Origin: Octopus vulgaris
Taxonomy: Eukaryota
Assembly: GCA_951406725.2 (NCBI GenBank)
Contig: OX597830.1
Location: forward strand, 51,956,001-52,020,000
DNA: 64,000 bases
Direction: 5' to 3'
Part shown: positions 54,309 through 64,000 of the stretch, one piece after another
Layout: each line of letters opens with the position of its first letter
Numbering within the stretch: the stretch's first letter is position 1
The notes under the pieces: generated by a model
Database searches by the model: none
What the model saw: the letters and a program-made list of their open reading frames with translations, nothing else
What the model was told of the DNA's origin: nothing
Position numbers and translations under genes: made by a program

Positions 54309-56099
54309 AGTGAGGGAATATATATGGCGAGTGGTGGAATGTAAGTGAATTAGAATGTTTTTAAACTAGAATTGAACTGAAACCGTGATGCAGTTTTAGT
54401 TTTCTGAAGATCGATCTTACCTTTTTGTTATGAAAAAGAGCAGCACGCTTGCCTCTTCCAAAGGCATTCCGAGAATAGACGGAATAGAGAATTGTAGAGG
54501 CAGAAAATTATCTTTAGATCGAGAGACTGTCCCGAATATTTTCAGAAGTGTGAACTCTGCTCATGATATCCAAAGTTCAGGTGTTGTTGTTATTGGTATT
54601 GGCGATGAGGTGGGTTGGAGTTGATGGAGCTGGTGGTAGTGGAAGTGGGTGGGGTAGAGCTAGTGATGGTGGAACTGGTGTTGTTATTGTTGTTGGAGGT
54701 TGTGATGACTACCACAGTGCATAGAAATTTGCCATTCACTACTGAACGGAAGAGATTTAATAGAGTTCAACTTTTGATCTAATTCAGTGTTATTTTGTTT
54801 AAAAAACGCTGTCATATTGTTCTCGGTCAGCCATCATTGAGCTGGCCATGAGGAGAGACGGTTAAACCGTGACTAATCCGTCTTTGTTTCAAGTACCCAG
54901 GATTACAATACCCTGCATACAGATATCGCATTCTCCCAGAGTGTGATTTGAAAAAGATTTGACAACTATTTCTAACTAAAAAAGAAATGACCACGAAGAG
55001 ACACTTCATTTTTGATTTGTGGAGGTAGGGGCATGGGTTTTATGGGGTACAATTGATGTTTCGGACTGGTCCTTTGGAAAAGAGTAAATAAGAAATATCA
55101 ATCCCCTCCCCTTCAGCTTATTCTACCATTTTATGGTACCCTCTTTTAATCCGATATTGACCAACGATAATAATCTCTGGCCTCAGCTCTTTTGAGAATA
55201 CTCAAACACAAGACAACAGTGGATCCTATACCTGCTCACTCGACTTGCTAGAAATACCAATTTATTCTCCATGAAATTACCCGATACCGTCTGTCATTAT
55301 CGTCCTCATCATCAGCTCCTGGACATTACTGCCTCGAGTGTTAGAAATCATAAGACCAGTGATCCGGTTTCCATGGTGATCACAACATTCCTCTTAGATG
55401 CCAGTCTGTCGCAGGTTTATCTACTTACAGCTGAGTGGACTGGAGCAACGAGAATCGAAATGCTTTGCTCAATAACATAATGCAGCATCCCCTGTGGGAA
55501 ACGAAACCACGAGCTTTCTATCATGAATGCAATACTATAATCACCAGGTCACGTGAGTAAAGTATTCAATACTATGGAGTGGTTTCGGGTGGGGTGTCTT
55601 AGATTATTGATTTATGTGATGATTATTGACTTGCAACTAATAAATGTCAACTGCTGGTAGTTATTCGAAGCAATTAATTAAGTCTTGTTCATGATCTGGA
55701 GAAAAGCATGAATGATAAATAAATTCATTTCACAAACTTCATATCAATCAAACAGATTGATAATCAAAGTTATTCTACCCTTAATAACCTCATAATATAT
55801 TGCATGACAACATTATTGAACGTAGCCATGCTTTTTTCATGAGGGTATGTTATAGTTCGACGGTGATTTGGTAACTATTACTAACAAGTCGAGCAAGCAG
55901 GTATAGCACCCCCCGTTAACATGTGTTTAAATATTCTTAGTATCCAACGTGGAGTATGTCTCACATACATATAGGAGAGTACACCTGAGAGGAAATAGGT
56001 AGATAGTTCCTAAGTTTGGAGTTTAAGAAAAATACTAAGAATTGACTACGCGTCAAAACACAAAACCAGGATAAACCAGTGAATAATTGAATATAAATA

Positions 56100-56345
56100 A
56101 AAATAAATGCGCCCTTTTAAAGCCTAGCCAGGCTCATGGACCCGGTTTCTATGGCGTATGTGTTCCCCAGCTGGACGGGTCACCAGTCCATCGCAGCGTT
56201 ACTCATTTTTGCCAGGTGAGTGAACTGGAGTAATGTGAAATGAAGTGGTTTGCTCAAGAACACAACGCGTCGCCCGGTCCAGGTATCGAAACCACAATCT
56301 TACGATCATGATGCTGACACCCTAACCACTAAGCCACGCTCCTAC
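56100..56345 (-). mobile_element. tRNA-derived SINE with conserved central domain
   Basis: GCGTGGCTTAGTGGTTAGGG...TTCGATACCTGG...TTCTTGAGCAAA...GCGATGGACTGGTGACCCGTCCAG. Confidence 0.75.
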
Positions 56346-56958
56346 ACGAATAATTGAATTGAGCCTTATTGAAGAACTGAACTTGCAAAACCTCAGATAT
56401 TTTGGGAATGTTGTAGTCAAGAATTTGTTGGTGTTAAGAAAAACCTTCGATAAAAGATTCATAGGAAAATCGAAAAAATAGGTTAAAGATGAAGTAATTT
56501 ATACTGTTATTACATTGTATCTATTATATATTTAGCAAGTCGAGTGATCAGGTATAGGATCCTCTGTTGTCTTGTGTTTGAGTATTCTCAAAAGAGCTGA
56601 GGCCAGAGATGATTCTCGTTGGTCAATATTGGATTAAAAGAGCGTACCAAAAAATGGTAGAATAAGCGGAAGTGGAGGGGATTAACATTTCTTATGATGC
56701 GATAGACTCTGAAATGACAAAAGGTAAAGTTTACTGCGGTGTAATTGGAACTCAGAGCGTAGAGAACCTGAACAAATACGATAAGTCGTTCAATCCCACA
56801 TTCTATGTGTCAAATGACCACATGACAGGGTCGAATTCTTCATACAAGTCGAATTTTTCAGATCAAAATTTACTGCCAAAAATGGTTGTTCGACATATAC
56901 ACCAAAACGAACTTGGAGGGCCAAAACTTCCATGTGAAATTCAGTGGAATTTGGAAAG

Positions 56959-57367
56959 CTAGTGGCGATATTTGATTGCTTATATTACATATCGTTGCTC
57001 GGATTTGCTTCGAACCTTTAGAATTGGAATTTTTGAAAAGTAAAAATTTTGCATTATGTAGCTTGTTATTCTCTTTAAGTGAACATTTTTCTGGTTGAAA
57101 TACACCGAAAAATGGCGACACAGCAGTCAAAAAATCGTAAAAAATAGGGATTTTCATAGAAAAAAAGTACCTTTTTAATGTAAATAATTCTTGGTGTTAA
57201 CATGGACCTATTTGAATTTTTACTTCTACGGAAGGAAGAGCAAGCCTTCTTCTATCATACTCTCAATTGTGGTCAACTTGCGCCGCAGTGTCTCGGAAGA
57301 GATAGTGTTAGTTGAAGGCTACCAAGCCTACCATGCACAGATAACTTCAGCTTTATATATAAAAGGA
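56959..57367 (-). mobile_element. Possible non-autonomous Helitron
   Basis: Minus strand starts TCCTTTTATATATAAAGCTGAAG and ends with a cgatat/atatcg hairpin followed by CACTAG. Confidence 0.45.
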
Positions 57368-58016
57368 TTTACGTCATATGCTATGTCGACATGTATGCCG
57401 GAAGAAAGGTTTTATTACTAAAATTTATCTCACATAGTCCTATAACGGATCACTGAAACCTCTCCCATATCATGTTATTCTGTTTTAAATCTAGACACAT
57501 TATACCTGAAAAATAAGACGAGATGGAAAAAGAAATTGACGAGTTGAAACAGTTTTGATCATAATTCTACTCGATCATCTCCCACTTGGGGTTAAATAAC
57601 AACAGGAAACCGATATAGGAATCTTTCCATGGGCGCAGTCAACACGATATTCTGAAATAACTCTCTAAAATAGTTCTCGTCGAGGATTCATTAAGAATTA
57701 ATGTCATTAATAGCTGTGTTCTAATCAATATTTCCTTTGTTCGACATTTAACTTCATTCATTTCCTATTTAATGATTTGAGGAGAAAAAATATGGCGGTC
57801 ATTAAATAAACACATTTGACCTCTTGACATTTTTCAGCTGTCCGCAAATATAGTTTTAAGTGTATTGATGATAAATCATTTCTTTTTTTCTTTTCAAAAA
57901 ATTATGAAAACTAAAATATAAAATATTCGGTCTGTTACTACAACTACATATTGCGCTCGCGTGTATAAGTGCATAAATAGATAGACACATGTATAAGTCA
58001 TATATTTATGTCCACT

Positions 58017-58057
<41 letters not shown>

Positions 58058-59424
58058 CGTGTGTGTTAAACAAAACTTCCACAAACGATAAATCCTTAAA
58101 CAAGTAAAAAGTTTACCAGAATTGAACGGAACACAATTATGCAACATCAATATATATATAGCCTAGTACCTATTATATTGCTCGTTTTTTGCTGTACCAC
58201 TAAATTATGGGGGACGCAAATACACCAACACCGGTTGTCAAGCGGTGATAGGGGACAAACACATTAACACACACGCGCGCACAAACACGTGACGGGCTTC
58301 TTTCAGTTTCCACCTACCAAATCCACTCACAGGAACCAATAACGCCCTAAAAAAGATCTAGAATTTTAATGAAAGATAACTTAGAAATCACGAGAACACA
58401 AGATGCAAAACTTTCATAGTCAACAACACACAAAATGTATTTGCATATATCAGGGGTATTTTCAGTACTTATCAAGCGTATACATTCCATCTTCAGCTCT
58501 TTAACAGGTGTCATTCTCGTTTCGCCAATTGGGCAGTATAGGCAAGATGGTTACGTCAATAGCGTCTGCACCATAAACGCTGATTGCACATGCACGCACG
58601 CATACAAACACAAAAACACACACAGACGTGGCACTCTGTCTGTTTCGACGACAATGGTTCCAGTCGAACCGATCAACGGAAGAGCCTGCACGTGAAATTA
58701 ACGTGCTAGTGGCTGAGAACTCCACAACACGTATACCCTTAACGTAGTTTTTGGGGAGATTCAGCGTGACACAAAGTGTGACAAGGCTGGCCCTTTGAAA
58801 CACAGGTGTGACAGAAACAGGAAGAGAAAGTGAGTGAAAGTTGTAGTGAAAGAGTACAGCAGGCTTCACCACCAATCCATGCCGGAGCCTCGTGAGGCTT
58901 TAGGTGTTTTCGCTCAATAAACACTCAGAACACCCGGTCTAGGAATCGAAACCGCGATCCTACGACTGCGGGTACTGCTGGTATATTTGTCGACCCACAG
59001 ATCTCGCTTGACCTTCGCAGAGTGTGAACGGAACATAATTCCGCAATATCAATATATACATACAACAAACCCCAGAGCTTTTTTGTTATGTTTCTAAGCC
59101 TAGTACCTATTATATTGCTCGTTTTTTGTCGTACCTCTAATTTATGGGGGGACGCAAACACACCAACACCGGTTGTCAAGCGGTGATAGGGGACAAACAC
59201 ATTAACACACACGCGCGCACAAACACGCGACGGGCTTCTTTCAGTTTCCACCTACCAAATCCACTCACAAGTCTTTGATAGGCGCGAGGCTCTAGTAGAA
59301 GTAATTTTCCCAAGGTGCCGCGAAGTGGGACTGAACCCAGCAAACTTCTTACCACACAGCCACACACCTGTCTTCCTCTTTCGTTTTTCTATAAGTTTCA
59401 ACTATGTATATATATATATATATC

Positions 59425-59597
59425 ATTTCTTTATTGCTCACAAGGGGCTAAACATAGAGGAGACAAACGGATTAAGTCGATTACATCGCCTCCAGTGCGT
59501 AACGGGTACTTAATTTATCGACCCCGAAAGGACGAAAAGCAAAGTGGACCTCGGCGGAATTTGAACTCAGAACGTAAAGACAGACGAAATATCGCTA
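59425..59597 (-). mobile_element. Octopus SINE (OR1-like)
   Basis: Matches the consensus. Confidence 0.75.
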
Positions 59598-59775
59598 TTA
59601 ATAGTTATCGCCATACTAATATGGCAGTCTTATAAATATAAGACTAAAGCTGTCGCTAATTAGCTCCAAGAGGCCACCGCCTCTAGCTAGCTATTTGACA
59701 CACAACCTGCGTCCATTAATTTCCAGTAACGCTGTCGTAATCTCCTTTAGTGAGACTTAGTAATTTTTATTTTTC

Positions 59776-59845
<70 letters not shown>

Positions 59846-60229
59846 GTGCGTGTATGTATGTGTGTACGTTCATGTATGTATGTATGTCTGCATCTATATA
59901 TGTATGCATAGTGACTAACACCTCACAAACAGCCACCTACATACCTACATCCCATCCATAATCCTAGTCCACCGTACCCGGTCACGCCATGTTATGATAT
60001 GTATCTCTAATGCTACATCTGTAACCTTGTCAGATCCAATGAAATCAATGGTCGAGTTACTCACTTCTCGCTCTTCTCCTATACCCCATACCACACATCT
60101 GCGAACAACAGCGTCAGGACACGTCATATCTACAGCTTCTGTGTTTGTGTTCAGTGAGCGGCAATATGGAATACAACTGTAGATATATGTACATCTGCCC
60201 TTGTGTGTGTGTATGTCTGCATATAGATA

Positions 60230-60748
<519 letters not shown>

Positions 60749-60910
60749 AGCAATATCACCATCGCCAATTCAGTTACTCTACTGCAGCTACTACTACTAC
60801 AACTACAATTACCTGTGCATATAGATAACATAACATGATACAACTGCCATATCTGCGTAACTAAAAGCGGATCTTTCTCACCCACCGCTTCCCTTGCTTC
60901 CTCTGTCCAA

Positions 60911-60953
<43 letters not shown>

Positions 60954-62234
60954 GAGGGGGGTCTAATTAAATGTATAAACCAAACCGATATTGTATTGAA
61001 GACAACCCTTCATATCAGATATAATTCTTCTCTAATACAGCTTCATGTCTTCAACGTGTTCCACTAGCCGGCCACCGAGATCTATACACTTTCATCTTAA
61101 GCTGTATGGATCTGATAAGTTCTCTCCCAATAACGTTGTTCCAAGTTCGATCTCATAGCTGAACGGTTCCTTTTAGAGTTGGTAATTTTTGACCGTTTGG
61201 ATCTAGTTTTAAGATAAATTCGTTCAGGGTTTTCTAGATTTGTTTATTGTATTCTTTCATTTGTTTCAGTCATTAGATTGCGGCCATACTGGAGCACTGC
61301 CATTAAGAATTTTAGCTCAATGAATCGACCCCATTACATTTTTTAAAGCCTCGTACTTATTTTATCGGTCTCTCTTGCCAAGTTACGGGGATGTGAACAC
61401 AACGACACCGGTTTTCAAATATATATATATTTATGTGTGTGTGTGTGTGTGTGTGTGGCTGGGTTTGTCCGTCACTACCATTTGACAACCGGTGTTGGAT
61501 CCGAGGCTATAGTGGAAGACACTTGCACAAGATGCCATGCAGTGAGACTGAGCCCGGATCCATGTGCTTGGAAAGCAAGCTTCTTACCACACAGTCACAC
61601 CTGCGCCTAACAAAAAGAAGTGATCGTTAATAATTCTAAGATAAAGTGGAAAATCATTTTAATAAATTGAGTATTAATTTCGCGAGAAATTGAATTTGAG
61701 TAGTTCGTAGTTGGTGTTTGTTAGCGACCAGCATGTTTCAGAATTACTGGGTCTGGTCAGTGAATTGTAGTACAACCCAAGCTTGCTTTGATCTTCGAAG
61801 AAGATTCATTATATATAGAAGAGAGATCAAAGAGTAAGGAAGATATTAATGTGTATCATTAAGAAAATATATTTAGCGAAGGGAGATAATTCTATTTGCT
61901 GAAAGTACTCCTGATATATGCAGATACTTCTAGGACGACATAAATAATTGTTCTACGTTATAAACAAATACTCTTTGATATATTCGAGTAAATTCATATG
62001 CTTAAAGGTATTTCGTCCGTCTTTACAATCTGAGTTCAAATTCAGTCAGAGTCGCATCAACCAGCACCTTCTCCAAATTTCAGGCGTTTTGAAATAGCAG
62101 AAACGAACTTACACATTTTGGGGGCGTTAAATAGACATCCTAGCGTCGTGGGTACTTAAAAAAGCGCAGCAGATCGTGTGAGAGAGGTTGGACAGGAAGA
62201 CAAGAAGCAACAAGGATAATAATAATAAGACTGT

Positions 62235-62445
62235 GAGCTGACAGAAGAATTGTTAGCGCGTCAGGCGAAATAGCTAGTGGCATTTCATCCGTCTTTACGT
62301 TCTGAGTTCAAATTCCACCCCGGCCGATATTGTCTTTCATCCTTTCGATGTCGATAAATTAAGTACCAGTGAAACACTGATGTTGAGGAAATCGACGAGT
62401 CCTCTCCACCAAAATTTCAGGCCCTGTATCTTTAGTAGAAAGGAA
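62235..62445 (+). mobile_element. Diverged OR1-related SINE
   Basis: gagctg..agaa..gttagcgcg...ttctgagttcaaattcc...gtcgataaattaagtaccag. Confidence 0.7.
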
Positions 62446-63112
62446 GATTATTCTTTGTTTTTATAATTCTACAAATTTTACGTGTATATAATAAGTTAGG
62501 CCAGTGGCTTTACTTATTATATGAATATATAACAGAAGAAATATTTTATTTAAGTTTATCTACCATAGTGCTAAAATGGATCTCTGAGGATTTCTAGTCT
62601 GTATATTATCGCTCCTGTCCTTGATGTCATCACTCTATGTTTGTCTTTTTCAGCGTTTGCTATCCACCAAATCCTCTAAGATGTGGGAACAGAGATTGCT
62701 GGACCCGAAAACAAGACGAAAATATTGCAGGTTTATTAAGTAAAATTCTCACAGAATGAGAATGAGAAGTAAACAATATTGTCACTGATCTTTTTTCTTT
62801 TTTTCAGTCATTGGATTGCAGCCATTTTGGGGACCGCTTTGAAGGGTTTTCGGTTCCAGATTACGACTTCAATACTTATTTATCAGTGCCTGGAGCTGAT
62901 GCGCCAAGTCACGGAGACATAAACAAACCAACACCGGTTTCAGTAAGTGGTGGAGGTGACAAATACACACAAAACATACATACACTCATACATATATATA
63001 TGTGTGTGTTGTGTGTGCATGTGTATCTGTGTATCTGTGTGTCTGTGAGTCTGTCTCTGTCTGTCTCTCTGTCTGTTTCTGTACACCCACCACCACTTAA
63101 CAACCGATATTG

Positions 63113-63170
<58 letters not shown>

Positions 63171-63480
63171 CCGTAAATTATCGGTTCGGCAAAAGTACCC
63201 GATAGAATAAGTAATAGTCTTACAAAGAATAAACCCTGAGATCGATTTCTTCGACTGAATGGTCGTGCTCCAGCATGGCCGCAGTGAAATGAGTGAAAAG
63301 AATAAAACAATATATATGTATATACACACACACACTTATAAATATATATATATATATAAATATTTGAGTAGTTGAATGAATTATCTTGTTATGGATAATT
63401 CCTTCGCAATTAGGAATATGCAGCCTTCGAAACATATGTCGAAAATAAAGGAATTTTGTTAATTCGTCGTTCAACTATTC

Positions 63481-63523
<43 letters not shown>

Positions 63524-64000
63524 GCGGGCTTCCACACAGTTTATCTCTGCAAAATCTATTCAAAAGGTATTCCTCGGCAGTAGAACTGAACCCGAAACCG
63601 CGTGGTTGCAAAGCAAGCCTTCTGAGCAGACAGCTATGCATGTGCTTATAACATGTGAGTTCGCCCCCTCCGGAAAGATATTTCTTTTAGGCTAAGAATT
63701 ACTGTATTGGTTGGCTGCGTCCTTGGCAGTTTCCACTTCATCCGACGAGCTACAAATAACTAAAGCATCTCCCCGCTTATATTGTGATATGAGGGGGAGT
63801 TGTTTTATAAACGAGGCAAAGCTTGTGTTCTATAACGTATACAGAAAACGGTTGAAAGACTTTTGATCAAATGTCATTTCGATCATGGCTGACCTGTAGC
63901 TGTACAACAACAGCAACAATCCCAACCACAACGATAACAGTAACACAGACAGCTTCTAATCATTAGATATCATATAAACAATATGATTTATATCACTAGA

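Overview
AT-rich, microsatellite-laden animal genomic DNA. The tRNA-derived SINE families and the neuropeptide present point to an octopus (coleoid cephalopod). Only one intact host gene is supported: a minus-strand LFRFamide-type FMRFamide-related neuropeptide precursor. It has a signal-peptide exon at 46672-46756 and a peptide exon at 41267-41739, giving 185 aa and 7 predicted amidated peptides, 4 of them ending in FRYamide. The rest is transposon debris: R4/Dong-like, RTE and CR1-like LINE fragments, Penelope-like elements (RT + GIY-YIG), a DD34E Tc1/IS630 element with long TIRs, Helitron pieces with STPR repeats, MITEs, many SINEs and simple repeats. The most notable signal is a set of type I hammerhead-ribozyme motifs. 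One canonical motif lies in each arm of a ~630-bp near-perfect inverted repeat (23.5-25.0 kb). A U3-A8 covariant motif lies in a non-coding 559-bp tandem/inverted retrozyme-like repeat (26.8-28.0 kb). There are also degenerate motifs and a fold-back palindrome centred on a ribozyme stem III. Almost all ORFs in the supplied track are microsatellite or repeat artefacts. All calls were made by eye, and repeat boundaries are approximate.
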